Below, piece after piece: positions 38,198-47,061 of a DNA stretch of 64,000 nt. This DNA is from an uncultured Pseudomonadota bacterium (GTDB lineage Bacteria; Oederibacteriota; Muellerivitia; Muellerivitales; Muellerivitaceae). Within the stretch, counting starts at the first letter, position 1, and every line of letters begins with the position of its first letter. The notes under the pieces are model-generated. The model was not told the DNA's origin. It did no database searches and worked only from the letters and a program-made list of their open reading frames with translations. The position numbers and the translations under genes were made by a program. The stretch spans positions 480,001 through 544,000 of the forward strand of contig CAVYRH010000004.1 of the NCBI GenBank assembly GCA_963770835.1. Direction: 5' to 3'.

Positions 38198-41100
38198 CTA
38201 ATGAAGGACCGAGACCTTCACAATCTGGCGCTGGATGAGGCCTCCATTGGCGCCCCGCACCTCGATCACCGCGATATAAAGCCCACTGGAAAGTCCGTTG
38301 GAATTCCAGGATACCTGGTTGGCACCACTGCCACCCGTCACCATCTTCACGAGTTCCCCCGCGACCGTATAGATCCTCGCCTTTAAAGTGTAGGAAGAAG
38401 TGGATTGGACCGTGAAATAAGCCGTTGAATTCGCGGGCGTCAAGATATTGGGTTCGGCTATGACGGTGTTCGAATGCCCTCCCCCCGTCACCGTGATCTC
38501 CCGGGTAATATCCGTTTGCTCCCCCTGTCCACTGTTCCAATGGACCTGGACTTCATAAACTCCATCGGTGACCTTCGCGCCTGAATCGTTGGTTCCATCC
38601 CATACAAGGGTCACCGGATTCCCGGAAGTTTGGATGAAAATTTGGACGCTTGAATTGGGATTGGAGGGGACGGTTCCAGGGGAAATCGTGCTGGAACTTA
38701 AATTAACGCCGGTTATTTCGGAACCTCCCGCATTGGCGGCCTGGGTATAGAGGGTTCGCACCAGCTCCCCAGCCTCGTTATAGATATCAGCCTCCACTGT
38801 GGCGTAAGGCCGGCTTACGGTGGCCTTCTGCGAAACGGTGGTTACATTACCCGAGCTGTCGATATTCTCGGCGTTGATGAAATAGGACCCGTTGGTGGCC
38901 GGGGTTCCCGCGGAAGTCATCCCGTTCCAAACCGCGATGGGGACACCGGCGAAATAAACCGTTACCGCACTGCCCGCACCGCTCAAAGCTGTGATCGTGC
39001 CGGATTGAAGCGCGAAACTCGGGATGGGTTGGGAGTTCTGTTCCGTCAAGATGGTATCCACCAATTCCCCGGCGGAATTATAAACACCGATCTTCACCGT
39101 ATAACCCCCGAGTACAAGAATTTGGGCGCTCGCCCTTATCAGTGGGGATCCCGGGTAAGCCATCACCGCGTTGTTGGTAAGGGCTGTTCCCGCCGGCACA
39201 AGGTTGTTGACCTGGGCTTGGTAAGAAAGCTGGTAGGTGCCAGGGGCGAGGGCCGGCAAGGTCCAAACCAGCTGGTTGGACGTCAGGTTATAAGCCGGTG
39301 TGGGAAGGTTAGAAGGATTATTGGCGGCGGGCCCCACGTAAGTCATTTGGGCCGGCAGGGTGTCGGTCATCACGATTCCGGAGGTGCTTGAGTTCACGTT
39401 GAGCGTCAAGGAATAGGTCAAGGGGGTGCCGGGCTCTATCTGGCCCGTGGAAACCTGCTTGGTGAAGGATACCTGCAGGGTGGGGGTCGAAGTAAAGGTG
39501 AAGGTGGGAGTGCCGGTGGCCGTCAAAGTGGCCGTGTCCGTGGGAGTAAAGGTTTCGGTGGATATTTTGGTAGGGGTGGCCGTATCCGTCATGGTGGGCG
39601 AATTCGTGGGGGTGAAGGTCGGGGTGGGGGTGTAGGTAAAAGTCGAGGTGAAGGTATTGGTCGGCGTCTTGGTGGCCGTAAAGGTGAGGGTATCCGTGGG
39701 AGTGTTGCTGGGCGTCCAAGTGGCAGTGGGGGTGTGAGTGAAAGTCGAGGTGAAGGTATTGGTCGGCGTCTTGGTGGCCGTAAAGGTGAAGGTGTCCGTG
39801 GGAGTGTTGCTGGGCGTCCAGGTGGCAGTGGGGGTGTAGGTAAAAGTCGGCGTGAAGGTATTGGTCGGCGTCTTGGTGGCCGTAAAGGTGAAGGTGTCGG
39901 TGGGAGTGTTGCTAGGTGTCCAGGTGGCAGTGGGGGTGTAAGTGAAAGTCGAGGTGAAGGTATTCGTCGGAGTCTTGGTGGCCGTAAAGGTAGAGGTTTC
40001 CGTGGGAGTGTTGGTGGGTGTCCTCGTGGCGGTGGGCGTGTAGGTGAAAGTCGGCGTGAAGGTATTCGTTGGCGTGTTGGAGGGGGTGAAAGTATTGGTC
40101 ATAGTGTCGGTCGAGGTGGGCGTCCTGGTCGGGGTGGCCGTGGCGGTGTCCGTGGGGGTATTGGTGATCGTCCAGGTATTGGTGGGGGTGGCGGTGGCCG
40201 TCATCGTGGCCGTGTTGGTGGGCGTGTGGGTGTTCGTAAAAGTGTTGGAAGGCGTGGGGGTGGCTGTGTTGGTGGGCGTGTTGGAGGGGGTGAAAGTGTC
40301 GGTCATTGTATAGGTCAGGGTGGGGGTCCGGGTCGGGGTAGCCGTGGAGGTCACGGTGAAGGTGTTGGTGGGAGTGGCGGTGGCGGTCAGGGTGGCCGTG
40401 TTGGTGGGCGTAAAGGTATCCACCGGGGTATTGGTGGCCGTGGCGGTGGCTGTCGAAGTGGCCGTGCTGGTGGCTGTATTGGTATTGGTGGCCGTACTAG
40501 TGGCCGATGAAGTAGCCGTGCTAGTCGCCGTGTTCGTGCCGGAAGCCGTAGCTGTGCTGGTCGTTGTACTCGTAGCCGAAGAGGTGGCTGTGGACGAGGC
40601 AGTGGCGGTTGCGCTGTTCGTGGTTGTGGCGGAAGCCGTGCTGGTGCCGGTGCTGGAAGCGGTGGAGGTGGTCGTACTGGTGGCCGTACTTGTGGCGCTG
40701 TTGGTGGTTGTGGCGGAAGCCGTGCCGGTTGTCGTACTCGTAGCCGAAGAGGTGGCCGTGGACGTGGCAGAGGCCGTTGTGCTGTCCGTGGTTGTGGCGG
40801 AAGCCGTACTCGTTGTTGTCATTGTCGGGCTATTCGTAGGCGTGGGTGTGGAGGTAAAAGTGGGCGTTTGAGTGGCCGTGGAAGTGGCGGTCTTTGTGCT
40901 TGTCGTTGTCGGGCTGAAAGTTGAAGTTTTACTAGGAGTTGGAGTCACGGGACAGCCTGCAACTGTGTTGGTAACGGCGTTCGACAATATCACCCTTAGG
41001 ATCGGGGTAGAAGTCGGCATGGGCGTGAAAGTAATCGTGGGTGTGAAAGTTTTCGTGTCCGTGGGCCCTCCCGGCGTGGGGGTGAATGTATTGGTGGGGT

Positions 41101-41569
41101 TGCCTGTGCACATATTGAGGGTCACGTTGCCGAGGATGGTGCTGCCGCCGCATAAATAGGTGCTGTTTTGTATCCCAACGACATCCACGGTGGTATAGAG
41201 GCCCGTGACCGTGGCGGGGATCGTTACGTTTTGAAAGACCGTAACGGGGGCGGTGGTGGGGAGGGAGCCGGTATTATAATTCGCGTTGCAGCCATCCGGC
41301 ATCAGGATGGTCGAGGCATTCCCGAAACCGAAGTCGTAGTCGTCGGTTTCGAATTGCTGATTGGTGGGGCCAAAGACGGCCGTGACCGCGATGGTTTCCC
41401 CGACGGTCACGCAGGAGTTGGTCGTTGTAACCGTAATGGCCGTGAATTGTCCAAAAACCTTGGCGGCTGGAAAAACGAAAAGCCAGGCCAGCGCCATCCC
41501 CCAAAACAGGGGATGGCATTTTTTTTTCGTTGAACGGGGGCGAAAAAAAACAAAGGACATGGTTTTCAC
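38198..41569 (-). CDS. Large secreted Thr-rich stalk protein with DUF11 and three FlgD-Ig/CTD-like domains
   Basis: Signal peptide ..AAKVFG; Thr-rich stalk; DUF11 ([24 protein letters not shown]); [16 protein letters not shown] and [13 protein letters not shown]. Confidence 0.85.
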   Translation of the reverse strand: MKTMSFVFFRPRSTKKKCHPLFWGMALAWLFVFPAAKVFGQFTAITVTTTNSCVTVGETIAVTAVFGPTNQQFETDDYDFGFGNASTILMPDGCNANYNTGSLPTTAPVTVFQNVTIPATVTGLYTTVDVVGIQNSTYLCGGSTILGNVTLNMCTGNPTNTFTPTPGGPTDTKTFTPTITFTPMPTSTPILRVILSNAVTNTVAGCPVTPTPSKTSTFSPTTTSTKTATSTATQTPTFTSTPTPTNSPTMTTTSTASATTTDSTTASATSTATSSATSTTTGTASATTTNSATSTATSTTTSTASSTGTSTASATTTNSATATASSTATSSATSTTTSTATASGTNTATSTATSSATSTATNTNTATSTATSTATATATNTPVDTFTPTNTATLTATATPTNTFTVTSTATPTRTPTLTYTMTDTFTPSNTPTNTATPTPSNTFTNTHTPTNTATMTATATPTNTWTITNTPTDTATATPTRTPTSTDTMTNTFTPSNTPTNTFTPTFTYTPTATRTPTNTPTETSTFTATKTPTNTFTSTFTYTPTATWTPSNTPTDTFTFTATKTPTNTFTPTFTYTPTATWTPSNTPTDTFTFTATKTPTNTFTSTFTHTPTATWTPSNTPTDTLTFTATKTPTNTFTSTFTYTPTPTFTPTNSPTMTDTATPTKISTETFTPTDTATLTATGTPTFTFTSTPTLQVSFTKQVSTGQIEPGTPLTYSLTLNVNSSTSGIVMTDTLPAQMTYVGPAANNPSNLPTPAYNLTSNQLVWTLPALAPGTYQLSYQAQVNNLVPAGTALTNNAVMAYPGSPLIRASAQILVLGGYTVKIGVYNSAGELVDTILTEQNSQPIPSFALQSGTITALSGAGSAVTVYFAGVPIAVWNGMTSAGTPATNGSYFINAENIDSSGNVTTVSQKATVSRPYATVEADIYNEAGELVRTLYTQAANAGGSEITGVNLSSSTISPGTVPSNPNSSVQIFIQTSGNPVTLVWDGTNDSGAKVTDGVYEVQVHWNSGQGEQTDITREITVTGGGHSNTVIAEPNILTPANSTAYFTVQSTSSYTLKARIYTVAGELVKMVTGGSGANQVSWNSNGLSSGLYIAVIEVRGANGGLIQRQIVKVSVLH
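39628..39992. repeat. 102-bp coding tandem repeat (about 3.6 copies, 34 aa unit)
   Basis: GGTGGCCGTAAAGGT recurs at 39671, 39773, 39875 and 39977; unit [34 protein letters not shown]. Confidence 0.85.
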
Positions 41570-42952
41570 CTAGTTACACGGCTGTAGTAAATCACTTAAT
41601 TCGCCCTGGTTAACGATCGTCACGCAAGACTGGGTTACGACAACCTTGAAACTCAGCGTGCCGGTGGCGCCCGCCGCCAAATAACCGATGTCCCAACCCA
41701 CCTGGTTACCGTTGACGAAGGTTAAGGGCATATTGGGAGTGCTGGCTTGGGAATTGCGAACCAAGGTTGTTCCAACCGGAACCATGTCAGAAACCGTCAC
41801 GCCGATGTCGGGAGTGGCGCTGGTATTGTCGTAGGTCAAGGTGTAGGTGATGGTCTGCCCCTCATTGACCGCCCCGGTGGGATTATTGGTTTTGCCCAGG
41901 GTCACGGTGGGCGGGGCGCAAGCGGTCCAGGCGGGACAGTCGATATAACCCCAGCCGTAGTGGCCGCCTTCATTGCAATCGTACATGGTGGCTTCAAGCG
42001 TGATCTGCTGGCCCGCGTATTCGCACAAGTTCAGTTCATATTGGGTCCAGGGCCAATAACCCCACTGCACGTTCCCGCTGCAATAGGTGGCGGGATTAAT
42101 GGTGCAACCGGTGGCGGCCCCGTAGGAACCGGCGCCATTGCCCACAATGCCGGAGGTCCGGATCTGGTTGCTGCCGACAAGATAGGTCCAATTGATGATG
42201 ACATCGTCAAGCACCGCGTTGTTGGGCGGCTGGGCCGCGCAATTGGCGTTTCCAAGAAGGACGCGAACCTCCAGGTAGGCGTCCCCGTTTTCGTCATTGG
42301 CGCCACAGGCGACGGTATCCTCGTAATGATAATTCTCGAAGATCGCGGCCAAATCGAATGACAGGCAGGTGTTTCCGTTGGTGGGAACGGTGGCGGTTTG
42401 GCATACCCGGGCCCAGTCGTCCGGGCCGGCGTCGCCATGGCCCGAGAATAGTTGGACAGCGTCGGTTTGGCCCAAAGGAACCATGGGAAGAAGGCCGTTC
42501 GAGTTCGGGGCGGTTCCCGGCGCCGCCTGGCCCGGATAAACCGTGGCGTTTGTCACCACCTCAACATCCCCGCCGCAATCACCGCCCGTGCCGGCGGCGG
42601 CGTTAGGCCCGATGTGGGTGACGGCCTCCCAATTCGTAAGATTGCTGTTGAAACAAGCGTTCGGCCATTCTTGGGCCCAACCGGCCCCTATTCCAGCCAT
42701 TCCCATCACCAGGGATAGGACGAGAATGTAAAGTGCTTGCTGGAAACGTTTCTTGGAACCAAGGGGGGCATTAATCGATTTAAAAGGGCTAATGTTTCCG
42801 AATATTTCTTGCGGAAGGGAACATAAGGTGTTTAACAACGAAAATAGCATTTCGTTGGAAGTAATACTCTTCCCAAAAAATGAAAAACGATTTTCTAGAA
42901 AGCAATCATTAGTACTTCCGATGAAGCCGTCATTTTTCTTGTCTTCAAACAA
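41570..42952 (-). CDS. Cys-rich secreted protein ending in an apparently incomplete DUF11 domain
   Basis: GGAGA RBS + TTG; late signal peptide KKRF..AGWA; YDCNEGGHYGWGYID; LGKTNNP..GQTITYTL..SDMVPVGTT..LSFKVVV..IVNQG. Confidence 0.8.
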   Translation of the reverse strand: MFEDKKNDGFIGSTNDCFLENRFSFFGKSITSNEMLFSLLNTLCSLPQEIFGNISPFKSINAPLGSKKRFQQALYILVLSLVMGMAGIGAGWAQEWPNACFNSNLTNWEAVTHIGPNAAAGTGGDCGGDVEVVTNATVYPGQAAPGTAPNSNGLLPMVPLGQTDAVQLFSGHGDAGPDDWARVCQTATVPTNGNTCLSFDLAAIFENYHYEDTVACGANDENGDAYLEVRVLLGNANCAAQPPNNAVLDDVIINWTYLVGSNQIRTSGIVGNGAGSYGAATGCTINPATYCSGNVQWGYWPWTQYELNLCEYAGQQITLEATMYDCNEGGHYGWGYIDCPAWTACAPPTVTLGKTNNPTGAVNEGQTITYTLTYDNTSATPDIGVTVSDMVPVGTTLVRNSQASTPNMPLTFVNGNQVGWDIGYLAAGATGTLSFKVVVTQSCVTIVNQGELSDLLQPCN

Positions 42953-43069
42953 GTTATATCTCCAAACAAAAAATCGGCGTCAACCGATTTACAACTCATA
43001 AGGTTAAGGTGGGGTGTGTAAGGATTTCGAAAATTCTTACTGGAACCTTTTCTTTAAACCCACCATGAA

Positions 43070-43115
43070 ATTATATCAGTGCGTCCAAATTTAATAATTT
43101 TTGCAACCGGTTTCA
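43070..43115 (-). promoter_or_regulatory. Extended -10 promoter plus LacI/cre-like operator
   Basis: TGATATAAT on the minus strand at 43078-43070; TGCAACCGGTTTCA at 43102-43115 fits TGNAANCGNTTNCA. Confidence 0.5.
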
Positions 43116-43298
43116 CGGAATGGGGGTTTAACGTTAGAGAGGGGTATGGAAAACGAACATTTATTTTTTTATAAGTCTTTACTGATTCTTTACCGGGTTA
43201 AAAGGAATCAACTCAAAAGATTCATCCGCCCTTGGTTCCGGTTCATTTTCTGACGGGAACCCGAGTGGACAACCCCGGGAAGGTCCCCGCCGCAGACG

Positions 43299-44138
43299 TT
43301 AAAAATGAAAAGCTAGGAAAGCATCCCCGGTGAAACCAGAATAATCAACGACTGCGTAGCGAAGCGTACTTCCCCCGAAACTGGGGGACCCAGCGGTGAT
43401 GGACCCCGTCAGGGGAGCCGGAGTGTAGATCATCAGGGCGTAAGGAGCGTTGGTGGTTTGGGTGGAGCCATTGTCAAAAATGCTTGAGGACTTTACTTCG
43501 CTGAAAGTGGCCAAGCGGCCCTTCACCGAAAAGCCGAAGGTGAAACTTTTTCCGATTTCCAGTTTTTCGGTCAAACCTACCGCCCCACCGATGATATCCC
43601 CGGTGAAGGTGGCCGACTGGCTCGTGGAGGGGCCGGTGACGTCATAATAACTCACGTTGGCATGGTAATAGCCGCCACCGATCATCACGTAGGTGGCGCT
43701 GCCCTTCGAACGGAAAAGGGTATGGTAATAATTCAAGTTGATGTCTTCCAGGCTGGGCCCGATGGTTTCCCTGTAGGCCGTTCCCCCGCTGGTATAACTG
43801 TAACTTTCGTTTTGAGTGGCGATATTCTCCGCCTCCAACGAAAGGGAATGGCCGACATCCAGGGCAAAGCCGATTTCCATTCCGTCCACGAAACCGTTGT
43901 TGCCCGTTGAGAAAGTGGGGCTATAACCCGCTGCTTGAAGGTTTCCTTGCCAAGCTTTTATCCCGTTAATGACGTCGCCCATCAGGGAATAGTCATAACC
44001 CGCGTAAACTTTCAGCCACCAATCCTTCGAAAGGGCCCCTCCGAATTGGGCGGTGGGCGTCGCCGAAGCCTCCTGGCCCTGGACCCAAGACGGTATCCAT
44101 ATTAGAACCACGGCGATGACCATATAAAGCTTTCTCAT
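43299..44138 (-). CDS. Outer-membrane beta-barrel protein
   Basis: Signal peptide; amphipathic strands; C-terminal beta-signal DAFLAFHF. Confidence 0.75.
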   Translation of the reverse strand: MRKLYMVIAVVLIWIPSWVQGQEASATPTAQFGGALSKDWWLKVYAGYDYSLMGDVINGIKAWQGNLQAAGYSPTFSTGNNGFVDGMEIGFALDVGHSLSLEAENIATQNESYSYTSGGTAYRETIGPSLEDINLNYYHTLFRSKGSATYVMIGGGYYHANVSYYDVTGPSTSQSATFTGDIIGGAVGLTEKLEIGKSFTFGFSVKGRLATFSEVKSSSIFDNGSTQTTNAPYALMIYTPAPLTGSITAGSPSFGGSTLRYAVVDYSGFTGDAFLAFHF

Positions 44139-44217
44139 TGGACGCCTCTAGATATTTTAGCCTGTCCACGACGTGTCTTCCCAGCGCGGGCACTCTTAAT
44201 CTTCAGGATAATTTCCT

Positions 44218-45189
44218 TTAGGACGCGAAAGTCTGCCCGATAAACTTCACGTCGTCCGTGCTGAGAGGTTTGTCGTCGCCCGCCAGGTTGACCTCCACCT
44301 GCTTCAGGTTCCGGAAGCCGGGGATCACGCAGCAGACTACGGGGTTGGCCAGGAGGTACTGCAGGGCCACCCGGGCCAAGTCCTTGGCGTCCTTCCCAAA
44401 GCGGGACTTCAGCTTCTCGATCTTGGGCTGGACACTCAGTAGGGATTCGGTCGTGAAGCGGTTGTCACCCTTGCGGTGGTCACCCTCCTCGAACTTGGGG
44501 GGGTTCTGGGGGTCGAACTTCCCCAAAAGGATGCCCTGGTTCAGGGGTGAAAAGGCCACAAAGCTCATCTTTCTCTCATCCAATAGCTTGCGTACCGGCG
44601 AGCCTTCCCGGATGAACTGGTCGTCCATGATATGCGCCCAGCTTTGGAGCACGTCGGGCTTCACCTTGGGCACCAGTTTCACGAAGTCGGAATTGGAATA
44701 AGCGGACTGGCCGATGAGGCGGATCTTGCCTTCCTTCTTGAGTTGGTGCATGACCTTCACGGCATCGTCCAGGTAGCGGTCTTCGGGGCCGAAATCACCA
44801 TGGTGGAAATAATAAAGGTCGATGACATCCCGCTTGAGGTTAATGAGGGATTGCTCGCATTGGTGGCGGATATGAGCGGGCTCATAGGCATGGGCGGCGG
44901 TTCCGGGGAACCAGCCCACTTTGGTGGCGATGACCAGCTTCTTCGTGCGGTTTCCCAGGATTTCCGAAAGCATGAGTTCGGCCCGCCCATTGCCGTAGAC
45001 ATCGGCGTTATCGAAATGGTTCACCCCCTGGTCCAGGGCATAGTCGATGGCCCGCTTGACCTCGGTGGCGTCCACGTTGGCCCAGCCGTTAGGGGAGCCG
45101 TTCACCCAATTCAATCCTCCCAGGGTCCAACAGCCCAGGCTGATTTCGGAAACCTCGACGCCGGATTGGCCTAATTTGCGGTATTTCAT
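44218..45189 (-). CDS. Aldo/keto reductase
   Basis: MKYRKLGQSGVEVSEISLG, FDNADVYG, IATKVG, IDLYYFH, SPLNQG and VIPG; GGAGG RBS. Confidence 0.93.
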   Translation of the reverse strand: MKYRKLGQSGVEVSEISLGCWTLGGLNWVNGSPNGWANVDATEVKRAIDYALDQGVNHFDNADVYGNGRAELMLSEILGNRTKKLVIATKVGWFPGTAAHAYEPAHIRHQCEQSLINLKRDVIDLYYFHHGDFGPEDRYLDDAVKVMHQLKKEGKIRLIGQSAYSNSDFVKLVPKVKPDVLQSWAHIMDDQFIREGSPVRKLLDERKMSFVAFSPLNQGILLGKFDPQNPPKFEEGDHRKGDNRFTTESLLSVQPKIEKLKSRFGKDAKDLARVALQYLLANPVVCCVIPGFRNLKQVEVNLAGDDKPLSTDDVKFIGQTFAS

Positions 45190-45239
45190 GAAAACCTCCC
45201 AATGAATAAGCCACAGATTAAGGCAAAAAGATGATTTTT

Positions 45240-45356
45240 GCCACAGATGCATGGGATGGATTCAGGCAAAAAATAAAACAAACTTTTAAAATAAAAATCG
45301 TATTGATTTCATCTTTTGGTTTCGGTTTATCCAATGCATCCCATGCATCTGTGGCT
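45240..45356. repeat. Nonamer-type palindromic element (CCACAGATG)
   Basis: GCCACAGATGCATGGGATG ... CATCCCATGCATCTGTGGC; an extra GCCACAGAT at 45210. Confidence 0.75.
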
Positions 45357-45526
45357 GATTAGTCTTTTGCGGCTTTCCGGTCCCTGCGTAAAAATTTCCC
45401 ACTTGGGTAAATGGTAGAAGTGGAAGGGTCCACCGGCGGGGTTTAATCCACGGAATTTCATTAGGTTTTGTTGGCACACCAATTGCGTTAGGAAGGACGA
45501 AGCTTATTCAACCAAGGAGAGGTGTT

Positions 45527-45937
45527 ATGAAACAGCATAATGATTTCAAGATTCTAATCGCGGAGGACGATGCCGCCATCCGTAAGATGTATGAAAAGAC
45601 ATTCCGCCAGGAAGGATATGAAGTGGTGACGGTGGAGGCGGGCGGTCAAATTTTGGCCGAATTGGCCGATAGCTCCTTCGATCTCCTGATTACCGACTTG
45701 AAGCTAAATCATACCAGCGCCCTGGAAATACTTCCTGAGGTGCGGAAAATCCATTCCCGCCTGCCCGTTATTGTGGTGTCGGGTTACTACTCGAATATGG
45801 TTGAGGACTTCCACCAGAAGGGTTTCAACGTGAACCTTTTCCTCAACAAACCCCTAGGTCTGTCGGATTTGAAAACGGCCGTCCGCCGCGTCCTGGGGCT
45901 GCCCGTGGAAGAAACCACCGATAAGACTTCCTTTTAA
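45527..45937 (+). CDS. Stand-alone response regulator receiver protein
   Basis: KILIAEDD, DLLITD, VIVVSG and NKP motifs; no output domain. Confidence 0.9.
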   Translation: MKQHNDFKILIAEDDAAIRKMYEKTFRQEGYEVVTVEAGGQILAELADSSFDLLITDLKLNHTSALEILPEVRKIHSRLPVIVVSGYYSNMVEDFHQKGFNVNLFLNKPLGLSDLKTAVRRVLGLPVEETTDKTSF

Positions 45938-45977
45938 GGGCGGGCGCATGAACCCCCTGCTTTTTTACCTGGAGCTC

Positions 45978-47000
45978 TTATTTTTGGCTGGCCTTGGCAA
46001 GGCGGTCGTTGATCGCGCGGCCCAGGCCCTGGTCCGGAACCGGAAGGGCCCAAATGACATCTAAATTCTTCTCATCCAGCCTCCTAATGGCGGCGAAGAG
46101 ATTCGCCGCCGCTTCCCTCAAATCCTGATGGTCGGACAGGACCTCCAAAGCCGCGAAGAGGCCCGGGTCGGCGGGGGCTTGAAGGCCCAGCCATCCAATC
46201 CGCTTACCCTTGGGAAGGGATTCCAGGGAACCGCCCAGGACCAGGGGCGTATGGGGAGCGTAGTGATTTTCCAATTGCCCCGGAGCCAAGAGGCCGGGGC
46301 CGTTTTGGGGCTGCGCCCCTTGCCCCGGCACACCCAGGGCTTGGCCCTCGGCTTGTGGGCCTCGGGCCAGGGGGGGCTTGCCCGGTGTTTGCGCCGCGAT
46401 GCGGACCGGGCCGATCAACGATTGAATCTCCTCCAACGGCGCACCGCCTGGCCGGAGGAGCACGGGTTCCTTGTCGACAAAGGAAATGACCGTGGACTCC
46501 ACCCCGACAAGGCAAGGGCCGCCGTCTAGGATCATTCCGATTTTTCCCCCGAAAGATTGCCGCACATGCTCCGCCGTGGTGGGGCTTACCTGGCCGAAAA
46601 GATTGGCGCTGGGCGCGGCGATAGGCCGGCCCGATTCCCGGATGAGTTCCAGGGCCAGCGGGTGGTTGGGCACCCGGATGGCCACGTTGGGCAGGGAAGA
46701 CGTGACGATGTCGGGGACCATGGAAGACTTGGGCAGGACCACCGTCAAAGGCCCGGGCCAGAACTTTTCGATCAACTTCAGCGCCGCAGAGGGAAACTTC
46801 AGCACCAGGATTTCGGCCTGCCGCACATCCGCCACGTGGACGATCAAGGGATCAAAGGTAGGGCGGTTCTTCACCTCGAAGATTTCCGCCACCGCGTAGG
46901 GGTTCAAGGCGTCGGCGCCCAGGCCGTAAACGGTCTCGGTAGGGAAGGCCACCAACCCGCCTTCCTGGATAATTTGAGCGGCTTTTTGGATTTCATTCAT
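45978..47000 (-). CDS. sua5: L-threonylcarbamoyladenylate synthase (Sua5/TsaC2)
   Basis: VAFPTETVYGLG, KNRP..PLIVH, FWPGPLT, AAPSAN, GVESTV and APGQL..HYAP + SUA5 domain. Confidence 0.95.
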   Translation of the reverse strand: MNEIQKAAQIIQEGGLVAFPTETVYGLGADALNPYAVAEIFEVKNRPTFDPLIVHVADVRQAEILVLKFPSAALKLIEKFWPGPLTVVLPKSSMVPDIVTSSLPNVAIRVPNHPLALELIRESGRPIAAPSANLFGQVSPTTAEHVRQSFGGKIGMILDGGPCLVGVESTVISFVDKEPVLLRPGGAPLEEIQSLIGPVRIAAQTPGKPPLARGPQAEGQALGVPGQGAQPQNGPGLLAPGQLENHYAPHTPLVLGGSLESLPKGKRIGWLGLQAPADPGLFAALEVLSDHQDLREAAANLFAAIRRLDEKNLDVIWALPVPDQGLGRAINDRLAKASQK

Positions 47001-47061
47001 AAAGACGGTTTACCATAGAGGACACCGAGTTCACAGGGTAAAACCCAACATTCCTCTTGGG

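Noticed and set aside
36410..40960. Repetitive tracts as a CRISPR array
   Set aside because: They are coding Thr/Pro repeats without a repeat-unique spacer structure; no cas genes are present.
41570..41572. TAG readthrough (e.g. pyrrolysine) joining the two in-frame minus-strand genes
   Set aside because: The downstream gene has its own signal peptide, and TAG terminates other genes in the window normally.
40994..41579. GT...AG boundaries suggesting an intron
   Set aside because: No group I/II intron hallmarks (no GTGCG start or domain V), and such dinucleotides arise easily by chance.
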